Assembly (NCBI GenBank): GCA_051362555.1 | Contig: CM120647.1 | Span: 15,228,651-15,292,650 of the forward strand | DNA length: 64,000 nucleotides | Direction: 5' to 3' | From: Lingula anatina | Taxonomy: Eukaryota > Animalia > Brachiopoda | Shown here: positions 38,256-51,342 of the stretch, in pieces | Position numbering within the stretch: position 1 is the stretch's first letter | How the letters are laid out: each line of letters starts with the position of its first letter | Program-made: the position numbers and the translations under genes | Notes under the pieces: generated by a model | The model's input: the letters and a program-made list of their open reading frames with translations, nothing else | Told to the model about the DNA's origin: nothing | Database searches by the model: none

Positions 38256-41200
38256 ATTTTCCCGCAAAATTTGGTCCTGCAAGTGGGCTATGTCGTAACG
38301 ATTTAATGACAGCTTCAGATTGCATGAGATTGCACCCTTTTTGCATGAAATAATGAAAGTTTTTCCTCCGGAGGGCACATCCCTGGACTCCCCCCCCCCC
38401 TTTGTGCCTCGCTTCGCGAGCTTCGGTACTCTCGCATAAAAAAAAATAAGGGCTATTTTCAAATCCTGGGGAGAACCCTGACATACACTTTTTATCCCTT
38501 TGCTGACAGCCATGATGTCATGATGATGACCTTTGACCTGCATCATTTTATTGTTTGTTTATTCCTAGCACCAGTACTTCACTTTGTAGCCTTAACTGTA
38601 GCAGGCAGGTATGTGTGTGCATATATTCATAGTGGCAGTCATTGTTTTGTAGGGCATGGGGGTTTGGCCCTATACTCTCTCAAGGTTTTTGACAATCCTC
38701 ATCTGAACTGACTGTCTGGATAGCATGTATTACCTAGGGTTTTTGATACTGTCACTTGAGACTTCAAGGTGAGCAAAACGGGAGAGTCTGGTTTCTGCAT
38801 ATAAAGATGCCAATCATTTAAAAAAAATTCCTGTACTTACCAGGTCAAACAGTTTGCATAGTCAGATGTTGGGGGGGGTTAAATCTGTTTTATTTATTTA
38901 TTTACCAAAAGATATGTTCTTATTTTTTAACCAGAAAAGGATATTTTATTCATATTTTTTTCATTTTCTTTCATAATTTGGTGTGTTATATTTTCCTTTG
39001 ATATTGAGATCCTAGCACTGTGTGGCAAAGTGCCCAGAGGAAAACTGTCTTGGATTCCGTATTATGGGTATTTTTTTGCTTCCTGTACCTGTGCAGTGCT
39101 ATGAGGCGGCTGTCTATTCATAGAACCCCCCAGAAAACCTATCTTAATCTGACTGATACTCCCAGCTTTTGTTATTGTTGTTATTTGTGGCGTCACTGCT
39201 GTCAGTTAGCATATTTGTGGGCTGCGGAGGGGTTGGACACCGCATTTGTTTTGGATTCATTTCAACCAGGAAGAAACTTCAAAGAAAGGATGTAACTTGG
39301 AGATAGGTGAGTTATTGTTGAAAAAAATACGGGCGGGGTGGGGGGAGTAATGAGCCGAGTGAATTAGATACATGTAGGCTACACTTCAGAAGAAGATTGC
39401 AGCTAGTTTGAAAGTGAATATCAGTTAAAAGGAATTCCCAAGATTGGCTGTGGTGTCTTGGGGAGAAAGGTATGTTATTACTGAGAGAATATCAGCCAAA
39501 AGCTGGCGTACACATACTTAGGTAAGCCAGGATTTGAAGCTAACTTTATTGGGTCTGGTCTGGGCTGGAGAATGTTTTTGGTGGATTTGTCTGGAGCATA
39601 ATGTGTATAGTTTTGTCTGGGGAGTTGAGATGTTTGTTGTTGGAAGTGACAGCCTTGCTTTCGTAAGTGCATCATTTGCATGGCACCAGTGGACTCAGGA
39701 CAGAGCTGGAGAGGTGTGTTATTGGAGGGGAGGGGGGCACATGGACAAAATTATTTACTGAGTGAAATCAGAAATAGAAAAAGAGGAGTTTTACTGGGGG
39801 AGTATGGGGTATTCCAAAAGGGTGGAAAGGAGAGCATGTCACCCACTGTGTTCTTCCCCCTCTCTCTGGATACACCATTGTTCAGTCTATTCCACTTTGA
39901 TAACCATATTGGTTTACTTTGATTGTTTTTGGTTTGGAGTAAACTGCTGTGTATATGATGGCAAAGTGATATGGATAAGCGGGTTAAGTGAGGTATTGCG
40001 GTCTATATGAACTGATTTTCTGGATAAATGTTGCATAAGGCTTCAGCGTGCATTCTAGGAATCGTTATGTTACTGTGTTATGGTGAAGATTGCTTATTTC
40101 AAGTATGGAATTGACACAATAGCCGTGTATGACTTAACGAAAATAAGGATGATATAAGATGAATCTCGGAATCAATTTACACACTGCGTACTTGATAAGA
40201 GAAGATGGTTCCAGATTAATCTTTGTCTGACAAGGTCAAGACTGTTCATAATTAGAGACAAAAATATATATGTAAGTAATTTAGTTGTTGCAGCACGGCT
40301 CTTGTATGCTTTCACCATTAGTATTTGGGATAATTTAGAAGGTGAACTTGTTATATGTGAGGCAAAATAAGCTTCATTTTGGACATAACTGAGCTGCAGG
40401 TGGGGATTGCAATTAGGGCCTTTTTTTTTTCCTGTGAATATCACTAATTATTATCGTTATAGTATGTTCTTAGTACTGTACTTGACATTCATTATAGTTA
40501 TGTCAGATCAGCTCTTAACATGTTGCAACCGGTCGTGGCCTCACAGATGAAGGCTGGACTTTAATCTGATAATAGATAACATGTTCTTTTTTTTTTTTTT
40601 TTTTTCTCTGTTATGGGTGTTTAATGTCAATGCAGTATTGCTACAACTGAAAGTTGTTCATAAAATCATAAACATTATTGGGGGTACTCATGGTTTTACC
40701 CTTTTAATAGCTCTCTTTCCACAGGAAAAAAAGTACTTGATTTGAAGGGAGGAAAATAATACATTATCCTCACAGTAGCAAATGAGAGAACATGTTCAAA
40801 TACTCTCAACGGCTTAAATAATACGGCATGGCTGCCCTTTCGCTAGCAGGTAATGGATTAGGTGGTAATAAGAGAGAGTGCTTACTACATCCAACAGTTC
40901 AGGCCAGCATTTGGCATTTGAGGTAAGACCAGGGTTCACCTGGCCTGCCTTCTGCCTTACTATACCCGAAATCCTGCTGGGTGAGTATATATTGGTGGAA
41001 AAGGCTGTATGAGAGTGTTAACTGGAATGTGTATTCTCTCTCCATCTTAGGCTCAATAATATTTTTGATGCAAAAAAGAATTATGCACACACTCATGCAC
41101 ATTCACACACACACGTACATGCACGACACATGTAGGCACACACATTTGCACTCACACACACTCACTCACACACACACACACACACACACGAGTCACCTGA

Positions 41201-44200
41201 TTATCATCTTAATTGTCCTAATTAGAACCATGGCTTCGGAGCATGAGTGCTATTTACCTAAATACAGGTAATATGATTATGTGACTAAGGTAAGAAATAA
41301 ATTTGGTGTGCCAGATTGCCCCTGTGCATTGCACGGTGAGGTGGGAGTTAATTTTAGGGGCTCCAGATGCTTTCCATGACTGCACAGTTCTGGGGATACA
41401 GGTAGGCGATATTGTTGTTATTATTATAGACCTGACAGGTTGCTGTTAGCTGGTATGTATACTTGTATAGTTTGAAGGCTTAACAGTGTATAGCAGGCAC
41501 AGTAGGTATATGTACTTGCTAATTTATTTATTTATTTATTGTTCGAAATAGCTCAGTTATTCCAGACATCAGTTTATGTTAGCTGCTACTGAATTGGAAG
41601 ATAGGAGTCGTGGGCTGACCATGTCTGAATGCCTGTTTTTGTTTTTACATATATCTTAAGTAGTTGAAAAGAAACTGATAATCTCTATGGCATAAGGTGG
41701 GTTCTGCAAGAAATGCATTTTATGTGAAGAAAATCCGTAGAGTACTTATTAACCAAAAGACACAATTCATTGATTTTGATCTTTGTATAGCAGATATGTA
41801 TGTTTTGAAATGAGGAATGAACCCCGGACTGTGTTAATAGACATTAATGTAGGTAATACATAGCATACTAGTCTTGTAGATAACTATTTATTTCTTCGAG
41901 TTTCAGACCTGGTGCAGGCATTGGTGATTGTGATCCTCCAATTTACTCTGTTTTCAGTCCATTAGATGAGCTCAGTGTTGAACAGATGTTGATTTGTTGC
42001 CAAGGTATTGGCTGTCAATGTATGATGCTATGAATACTTTAAATCACTGCCTGGATGGTATACAGTAAAACATCTGCTTATATATGTATTGGACTTGCAA
42101 GTACAGACTAGCTGCAAAGTATGAAATCGTTTCAGGAAAGCAGAGAAGAAACTGTGGGCAAGGTTTTGGGCCAAGGATGAAGGAGGGATAAAAGCACCTC
42201 TCTCTCTTTGATGTATCTTCCTTATTTTTTTGTCAGTCATGGTGACTCCAATTGTCTCTTTGTGATGACATCTTCAGTGAAGTCTCACACTTAGATGTGT
42301 TATTCAGGTCCCTTAGAGGAAATGTCAGGTCAGGCTAGGGTCATGTCACTACCCTAATACACAGCTGATATGGCTTGAAGTCAAGACTTTGAAATAAGAC
42401 ATGAGACTAGATGGCAGCTAGTGTTGTCAGTGGGGGTGGTTACTATTTTTATGATATACCCTAGGTGACAAGTTCATGTAGACAGGGGTTTGCTTTTTTT
42501 TTTTTTTTTTTTTTTTTTTGGGGGGGGGGGGGGGGGGGTTAATTTGTAAATGTTCTTTTATGGCAAGTAAGTTCCATCTGTGCAAGTAGATTTGGGAGAG
42601 CACCTGCCCAGAGGAAATTTAGTAGTAAATGTTCTTTTCTGGCAAGTAAATTCCTTTTTGTGCAAAAGTAAATTTGGGAGAGAACTTGCACAAGGGACAA
42701 ATGTCCTCACAATCTTATTGTTAGCCCTTGGATAGGGTTATAAGCTGTGCTATAGCCATGATTTGAGCAGCAATTAGACCATCCTATGTACTAGTATGTG
42801 AATGTATTCAGTAGAGTTGCCTCTGGTGTCTGAGTAGTTCTTGGAAAAGTTGTTTTATTACAGGTTCCCTTGTTAAGTATCATGCTTTTGGCAGTGGCCC
42901 ATGCAAAAAGTGATGGTTATAAATGTATGTGAGAGTATGCTGTGGATATACCTGCCTTGCCAGGGAAGTAAGAAGTAAAGCTTAAAAAGGTATGTCTATT
43001 TGTCATTTACTGAGAGAAAAAATGGCTGCACCTATGAAGTAACTCATTTTTCACCAAATGGATGATGAATTGGCAAAAACTGTCAAATATTTCCTGTAGA
43101 AATGTCACTGATGCTGTCCGATGAGTATGTATTAAGCTTTTGCTCAAAATAGTATATGTTTCAGAGATAGCCCCCCCCCTTTCCCCAAGTGCTCTGTGGA
43201 ATCATATATGCTGTGAGCTTAGTTAGTTGTTTGTGTGTTCCTATGCTGCAATCTACAGCCGTCTAAGGTAATGCAAATACTGTTATCTTGCTTTTGCGGA
43301 AGTTATAGAAATGCACGCACTTCACCTTTCTGTCCTATCAGTAAGGTCAAAATGCATTTTTTTAATGAGTATAGTTGTTTTTACCATATGGTAGTCTGGT
43401 TCTTACCAGCTTGGTTTAGATGAGTGGTCTGAAATGCCCTTTTTGCATTGTATTTTATATGGGTTTTTACAACACTATGTCTGGGATCTTGATTTATATT
43501 TAGTCCTGCAACTCTTTTTTCACCCGATGACTAACATTAATGGCTTCGCTAGTGCTTTTGACTAATCACCTAAATGGTGACAACATTGATGTTGTAGTTT
43601 GTTCTTCTGTGCCAGTGGTATTTTGAATGGAGCATTGAGGTATAATTTTATATGGTGATCACATACGGTGATTGTATAATTATTTACAATTCATATTGTT
43701 CACAGTTTTGAGTAATAGCCATACTTTCCCTCAAAGAGTCTGTCTGGATAAATGATGGAAAGATGTTAATTTCCTGACATACATAAAATGAGTGCATTAG
43801 CTAATTGGATCTTTATATATCATTCCCATAGTAATCTGCCAAGGTATCCCTTATCACAGGTCCCTACATTAAGGAAATTGCACTGCTGTGGTGAGCAAGG
43901 GAAGTAATGGTGGGGTTTTGGATTATGGCTATTTCAGAGAACATCCCCAGTTTTAGAAGGTTATTAGTTTTAGGTTTATTGTTAAACAACGTAGAAGTAT
44001 TATTGTATGATGACTGCTTTGTTAAGCATCTGCTTTGTCATCAGATATCTCTGGTGCATATAAACTACAACAGTGTCATGATTTTTTGCCTGCTTAGTAC
44101 AAGTATAGATTAATGAATTGTCTAGTAAATCTTTGCCCTGTCTGCGTGGTTGTTTCATAGTCTCACCACACATCTGTGTGTCTGTCTAAGTACTGGTGTC

Positions 44201-44729
44201 TTGTCTGATGTGAATGGGGCAGGGTTAGTGAAGACGAGGAACATAACTAAGTGTCATAGGGCCAGCAATAACTCCTTTGTAGAAAAGGTAAAGGGCCATG
44301 CTGACTTGATATATGTTTTAATGCTTTCAGTCTTTGGGCTGTATCTGCTTTTGTGATACAGGTGTGTGAGCAGCTGAATGGAGTTACTACTTGCCAAGTT
44401 AAACATTGTAAGGTTAAGCATAATTAATGCTTAGAAAAATGGAGGTGGAAGACTTCAGATTTAACATGGAAATCTGGATAGTTGGGTGTTCTATTAAGTC
44501 ATTCTGGAATATGATCCTGGTTTAAGTGAAAAGAATCATATCAGTGACTGTCATATGCTGTTGGAGATGGGTGGGGTGTTGTTTCTATCATTGTATAAGA
44601 TTCCTTACAAGGGAGGGGTACATTTTTTCTATACAGAAAGTGCAGTCAAGCAGATAACTGCCCTTCTGCCCATGTTGGCTTGTATAGATGATGTGACGAT
44701 TTAGAATTTTGGAAATGTGTTGGATCTCG

Positions 44730-44862
44730 ATCTCTCTCTCTCTCTCTCTCTCTCCACCCATCTCTCTCACTCTTCTCTTTCTCTCTCTCTCTCTCTCCAC
44801 CCATCTCTCTCACTCTTCTCTTTCTCTCTCTCTCTCTCTCTCTCAACCCATCTCTCTCACTC

Positions 44863-44894
<32 letters not shown>

Positions 44895-44995
44895 ACACCC
44901 ATCTCTCTCGCTCTTCTCTCTCTTTCTCTCTCGCTCTCTCTCTCTCTCTCCATCCATCCTATCTCTCTTCACCCATCTCTCTCTTTCTCTCTCCT
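44730..44995. repeat. Compound (CT)n microsatellite with a higher-order ~43-bp unit
   Basis: (CT)n-CCACCCATCTCTCTCACTCTTCTCTTT units repeated about 5 times. Confidence 0.9.
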
Positions 44996-45472
44996 GTCAA
45001 ACACACACATGCACACAAATGCATGCATTTCAAATAATGTCAAACACCTGTTCTTATACAGGTGAATTGTATTACTGAAAACTGATTTCCTAGTTTTAAT
45101 GCCAGTCACTAGTTCCAAGTATAGCCATACGAAACCCTCATACTTCCCAAAAGGCAACAAGTGCAAATTTTCTTTGTCAGTTAATACTGGAAATACCACA
45201 TACAATTGTATTTATAATTTTGAACCCGTATAATTCTAGGTATTGTTCAAAAGCTTGTTTAATTTCCAATTATATAACAGCTGAGCTGAGCTGTCAGCTT
45301 TACTAGCTAGTACTAGTACGTAATTGGGTAAAATGTGCAGGAAATGTGCTTTGGACCGTCAGTATCTCCAAAGTTTTCCCCCTGTCTGGTTCATTATAAT
45401 ATAAACAGTTTTGGTGGAATTTGGTGAGTAGTCATCACATTTATTTACCTGGGTTTATTTTCATGATTTCAG

Positions 45473-45550
45473 TTCTTTGGAGAGTTTGGGCACACCTTTA
45501 TGGAGTTTGTCACCAACAGTGGAGAATACTGCCAGGCCCAACACAAGTAG
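45473..45550 (+). CDS. Conserved-peptide upstream ORF of PTP4A/PRL (C-terminal exon portion)
   Basis: After the acceptor TTTCAG the frame reads FFGEFGHTFMEFVTNSGEYCQAQHK* (internal ATG at 45500). This resembles the vertebrate PTP4A1 uORF peptide as I recall it (..QFCGVLGHTFMEFLKGSGDYCQAQH..). Confidence 0.8.
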   Translation, partial: FFGEFGHTFMEFVTNSGEYCQAQHK

Positions 45551-46349
45551 ACTAGCAACCAGGTCGATCTCCTTGGTAACCAGAAATATCTCCACGGTAA
45601 CCAGATAACTTTTGCTCATTCAATCAAGGACTTTGAAGACGAAGGAGAACAGGATATCTGAACACCACGCGTTTGCCCTACTCTGAAAGGAGAAGTGGAA
45701 ACACGCCTTTTTAAGTGTGCTCTGCCAAGTTACGAAAATTCTCGGCCCTCGCTGCTCACTGCTTGCTGGAGCATCCAGCCTTAGCTTCCATTCTCCCAAC
45801 GCGTGGGATTACGAATGGGGTAAAAGAGGCGGTCGACTACCCCCAGTGCAAGCTCCGGTGCCAGTGCTGCTGTCTTGTGGCGACCTCTACTGGTATATTT
45901 ACGGCGTAAGGTTTACGAGGGGAGACTATACAGCCTTGTCTAGGATTGGGTGAATGTTTTAAAGAAATTTTTTTGACGACGAAGAGATTTCTTCACGGCC
46001 TTAACAAGGATTGTCTTTGTGGTGTGCAGAAAGTGGATTTGTTTGCTGAAGGCACAAAAAATTACATTTTTGTTGCCTTTAATTGAAAAGAATTGTGCTC
46101 AGCACTTAATAACAAACTTCCTTGCCACACTGAGGACTGATTCTGTCTGTTGAGTGGGAAAAAATCGGATTATTACTGTTATTGATTCCAACAGGAACAA
46201 GAGGCTAACATACACTAACAGTTAACTTGTTGGAGCTGCGAGGCGAATCGACACTCTGACGTTGTATTATTCTATTTTTAATTTATTTTTAGCCAATTTG
46301 TATCATACACCTGTTCTATTTGTCTTTTTGTTTGTTTGTTCACCGCGTT

Positions 46350-47295
46350 ATGACAGCTAATATGAAGGCCCGCAAGCCAGCCCCTGCTGTTATTGAGTAC
46401 AAAAACATGAGGTTTCTGATCACAGACCGCCCCACGGATGTGACCATGGAAAAGTATATCGAGGTGGGTGTGACTGATGAATTGAATCTGGTTAGATTTG
46501 TTTTATATGGATGAGAAATTAATGATTTATTAATTAATTTAATTTTTTGCTCCAATTAGGTTATTTTTGTGTTCATATTTGATCTGTTCTTATATTCAAC
46601 GAGTCCTTGTTTAAGATGAAAGATTTTGTTGAATTGTTAGATTACTTATAGATTCATGTTTCCATATTAATGACTTAATCTGATAATATATTAATTTTTT
46701 TTTTTTTAATTCTTTTATTGTAAAATCCAAAGATTTTGATCACAAGAAATAAATACTATTACTCTGAACCATTATTCAATTTTAAGTTAGTAGTTTCTGA
46801 CCTGTGAAATTTTTTCCTTCCTCCAGGAATTGAAGAAACATAATGCCAAGGATGTGGTTCGTGTCTGTGAGCCCACATACAAGACGGAGCAACTGTCGGA
46901 GGAGGGAATTAGAGTATTGGTGAGGCTTTTCTGACTGCTTTGTGAGACTGACATTAATTTTTTCCTTCTTTTCCTTGGCAGAAATCTCTGCTTTTGAAAA
47001 TGATACCCATTTACTAACGCCAAGAAAGATAGTCATGTAAAGTATGTCAGTTTGTTAGGTAATTGGACAGATCAGAAATGGGCTATCTTTAAATCAAATA
47101 CAATTTGGTTGGTAATATTTCCTTGCTCCTCTTCCAGGACTGGGCGTTTGATGACGGCAATCCCCCGCCACCCGAGGTGATGAATGACTGGTTCAACTTA
47201 CTGAAGACCCGCTTTAAGGAGGACCCCGACTCGTGTGTGGCCGTGCACTGTGTGGCTGGACTGGGGAGGTGAGATAACCTGGGCGCTCGCTCTTG

Positions 47296-47354
<59 letters not shown>

Positions 47355-47497
47355 GCAAGCTCTTACTCAACGTTCACAAAGCATTCATTTATTCTAACAC
47401 ATACCCACAGATAAACATACAAAAACTTCTCTCTCACTCTGGTACATTATCTCTTTCACATATACACATGCTCACTCACTCTCTCTCTCGTTATCTT

Positions 47498-47529
<32 letters not shown>

Positions 47530-47641
47530 GCACAAACATGCGAGCTCTTACCTCTATGTTCACAATGTGTTCACACACATACCCTCAGACAAACATAAGC
47601 TCTCTCTCACTGGCATATTATCTCTAGGTGCACATGCTCAA

Positions 47642-47703
<62 letters not shown>

Positions 47704-48311
47704 CTAGGTGTTTGACAGCACTTGATGAAGACTTGTTTCTCCTTTCAGAGCCCCTGTCCTGGTAGCACTAGCACTGATAGAACTGGGGATGAAGTATGAA
47801 GATGCTGTGGAGCTCATAAGACAGTAAGTTGCTTCTCAAGTCATAATAATAATATGATAATAATAATAATAATTTAATAGTAACAGTGATAATAATAGTC
47901 ACAAAAATGTTAATAATAATAATAATGTTTTTAAAGATAAAGACTTACCTTAAGTAAAACTTATTGCCAGTATGGACCTCTGAAAGGTTGATGCTTCCTT
48001 TAATTGTTTTATATGCTTAGTTGGCAGAGTTCTGATTGTTGCAGCCTATTTCATTTTGAAACTAGGTCCTTGGAGAGAAGTTTAAGAGTGAAAGGGAGTG
48101 CCACAGTACTGGAAGTCAGTTCAGGTTCCATTATATTTATTTATTAATCAGGCAATAAAAAAAAAATAGATAAAAGGAAACTGATTTTCACTTTTTCAGA
48201 AAACGCCGAGGTGCCATCAACACCAAACAGTTGGCCTTTCTGGAGAAGTACCGCCCCAAATCACGCCTGAAGAATCGTTCAAATGGACACAAGGCCTGCA
48301 GAATCATGTGA
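46350..48311 (+). CDS. PTP4A: Protein tyrosine phosphatase type IVA (PRL), 5 coding exons
   Basis: Exons 46350-46463, 46827-46919, 47138-47268, 47749-47823 and 48200-48311. Motifs [25 protein letters not shown], the active site [17 protein letters not shown] and C-terminal CAAX box CRIM*. Confidence 0.97.
47290..47702. repeat. (CT)n(CA)n microsatellite-rich duplicated intronic block
   Basis: Three (CT)n/(CA)n tracts separated by two similar spacers (GTTCACAA..CACATACCC.CAGA.AAACATA..CTCTCTCACT.GG..CATTATCTCT). Confidence 0.8.
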
Positions 48312-49959
48312 CTCCATCTCAGTAGTGAGGTCCTATGGAACTGATACATGACCATCCTTGTGAAAGAAACCAAATATATATATAAATATAGATATATACA
48401 AACTACTAAATATGGTGCAGAGACTTTGTATTACATACCACTAGCAACTCGATCCCAAGGAGAGTTTTATACATTGTCCTTCCTTGGGGTCTTGTCATTT
48501 TATATTTAAGAAGAAAAAGAAAAAACAGCATTTGAAAAAAAAAACATTTTTCTAAAAAAAAAAAGTATTTTTGAAAACACCAGATGCTCTCAAAAGTCAG
48601 TGCTTTTGAGTTTAAATTTTCAGCCCATTGTTGAAAAAATGCAAAATTAGTTAGATACAGAAGTAAAACTCTAGGTGTTGAAATAGGTGTTTCTGTTCAA
48701 TAGCACACCTGGAACTAAGTGGACTTTGGTTGCTAACAGCCTATTTGCTTTGTTACAGAAATTACGAGTGGTTAATAAGGCTGACACATAATGCAAGGCA
48801 TTTTTTCATCGGTTCTTTGACACGGTTCAGGTGTTCTTTCTTTTTCATCTGTTCCGTTATAAGAGGCCATTTGCCATTGGCTGTTTCACCAAATGCTACT
48901 TAGTTCTGAACCAATAGCAGTAGTCGACTCTTTGAATATTAAGTGGTAAGGTTTCTTGTGTCCTTCTGAATCTATGATATACATATTGTGAGTAATGTCA
49001 CATAGCAGTATGGCTCTCTGTTAACATACTTAAATATCACTTTGGTAACAGTTTGGGGTTTATTTATTTGTTTAGGTCTTTTCACATTGAGTGTTGTGTC
49101 TTAGCAATACAACTGTGCTGGTTTTGAGAGACGGACAACTTTCAAGCCTGGCTGCTGCATACGTGACAGAGTAACTAAGATGGAGGACTTTCAATTGAAT
49201 AACTTAAGTTAACTAAACAACCGGAAACAACCATCTGGGAAAGTTGTGAAAGGGATTGAAGTCTCTTTTAACAAAATGGCATGGTAACACTTTTCCAAAC
49301 TTTGGGATGCAGCTTTATCTGTCTGAAGTATAACCCTCAGTGTGAAAAGGCCTCAATCATATGACCACTCCTCATTTTCTGTGTTTTGCTAGAATTAAAT
49401 CAGGGTGGGGCATTTTTAAGGGGGTTTAGGGAGGGGGGGGGGGGCTGAAGGCTTGCCGTTATCCATGGTTTGATGTATAAATGTATAATCTCATTTTGTT
49501 CACGTGTCATAATATGGAATGTTGGGAAGTATGTTGTAAGTATTAAGTTGTCTCTCTATAGTATGCACATTGATTTAAATGAGGAAGATACCTCCCAATG
49601 CCTCAGTATATATAAATATATGAACATATAATGCCCTAGGCTCCTATTCCTGATCTAAGTTTTTTTTTTTTTTAAAGGATCGTGTTGAATTTCCCCCAAC
49701 TGAATGTTATGTTCTACACATTTTTGAATGATGTTTTTTGTTCTTGGAGAAGTTTGGCTCGCGTTTGTTTTTATTTCATTAAATGATTATTGTTCGTTTT
49801 CTTATTACTTTTTGGGGTCACTTGGACCTCAGGTTGAGTATTTTTGTGGCTCTATGCAGTTTGGTAAGCCAAGGGGTCAGCACAGTAGAACAGAGGTAGT
49901 GGTTGGGTGATTTTTAGTTGAAAACCACAGCTTTGCCCTGTGTTCTCTATAGAATATAT

Positions 49960-50400
49960 TAGTACCTTGCTACAACGTGACACTCATCAGGTACTTCGTA
50001 CTGATGCTAATTGGTGCAACAAAGGCGTGCTTAGATTTTGATGAATCGGATTTTAAAAGTTGATATATATGAAGATCTCGTTGTATAAACTAGGAACCCC
50101 TTTTCAAAAGTCGGTCAATACTTGGAGACCTAGTTACTCTTCCATATGGGTAGACTTCTAACGCTGTCAGTGCAAGAGTCCGCTGACAACTATTTGAAAC
50201 TGGTGATGTAGGTCAGGGAACATTTCCAGAGCACAATTTAAGCACACCCGAGTCTCACCAAACGCAATGACGCTCATAAATGCCCGCATTTTATATTATA
50301 GTATTGGAGCCAATTGCTTCTTGAGGTTAATAATGAAAATAAAACTTATTTCAATTTATTTGTTTTAGTTTTCTTTGGGTTGTATTTTTGTGTTTCTTTT
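49960..50400 (+). repeat. Distal PTP4A 3' UTR segment with AATAAA (50338-50343); copy 1 of a diverged direct repeat
   Basis: Shares colinear blocks with 60370-60790, e.g. CATTTCCAGAGCACA(A/G)TTTAAGCACACCCGAGTCTCA. AATAAA is followed by a GT/T-rich tract. Confidence 0.75.
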
Positions 50401-51342
50401 GTCTTTTTTACCCGAAAATTGTGATAAAATATTTGGGGGGGGGGGGGGGGGGGGGGGGCGGTGGTAAGTGTTGTTGACCAGAGAGGTTAGTCTCCAGTAG
50501 CTCGGGGTATAATGCTCTATGTTCAGTTTCATTGAATCTTGTTGAGGACAATTTTCTGTAATATGTAGGGTGTTTTAATTTTCTCATTTCCCCGCCCTAC
50601 TACCCTAGGTTCTAGATTCCGGTATTGCCAGCTCGATCTTGATTTCATATATAACCCATATCGCAATACCTAGTGAAAGTGTCTCCATGGTATGTTAAAT
50701 ATTAAACAAACTAACTTTCACGTTGCTCTGACACTCAGGGTACGCCCTACTTAAATCGGTGTAAAACAGCACTAGTACTGCAGAGCCTCGAGAGAAAGCT
50801 TTAGCGTACGAAGAGAGAGTAGAGGAGAACCAGTATATGTGCTGGTGTTTTTTTCTTGTAATGCTTTTTTTCTGAGGGGTTGTGCTGTCACCTATCCCTC
50901 TGTGTCCTTTTGGACTGCCATTTATTTAAAAATGTAATGTAAATGTTTTTTATCCAAAATTTAAAAAGAGCAGTAATAAGAGATATAAAGCGTGCCATGT
51001 TCGAAACACATCAAACTGAATTCGTTCGTCAAAACATACAAAAATAAATTCATAAATGAAAATAGAAGTTATTAAAGAAAAGAAATCTCAAAAATAGAGG
51101 CCACATCTCCTGAGAGAAAATTATCGACCAAAAGATGGCGTTACACATTACATTTACTTGAAGCGTTGACCTAGCTCTTACAAACAAGCTCACTGTTAGG
51201 GGTGACTGTTAGCTTATCAGATATTGCACTCCAGGGTAGGGCCGCTAGATGTGAGTAAAGTCACCGGCCGGATTAACAACAGCAGTAGAAGCAATAGATA
51301 TAAAGAAGGATCAACAGTAGAGGTTACAATAGTATCCCGAGA

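Larger units (their letters stand above)
35074..38480. mobile_element. Outer non-autonomous DNA transposon (family A), CAGGG termini, 5-bp TSD
   Basis: 16-bp TIR CAGGGTTCTCCCCAGG / CCTGGGGAGAACCCTG, flanked by ACATA on both sides, with subterminal CCGATAC(G/C) repeats at 35109-35176. Confidence 0.85.
24394..46349 (+). other. Inferred multi-exon 5' leader of the PTP4A/PRL gene with several uORFs
   Basis: Candidate non-coding exons bounded by AG/GT at ~24394-24464, 24515-24756, 26393-26430 and 26960-27101, plus the long exon from 45473 that runs into the CDS. No other host gene was found in this span. Confidence 0.5.

Noticed and set aside
35480-38546. Short ORFs inside the nested DNA elements as a possible transposase
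   Set aside because: No DDE, BED or hAT dimerisation motifs, and the frames differ between the two copies.
44588-45065. ER-rich and SL-rich ORFs
   Set aside because: Translations of the (CT)n/(AG)n microsatellite.
45409-45423. 15-nt micro-exon (ACAG|TTTTGGTGGAATTTG|GTGAGT) before the uORF exon
   Set aside because: It would leave only a 49-nt intron, which is possible but unsupported without transcripts.
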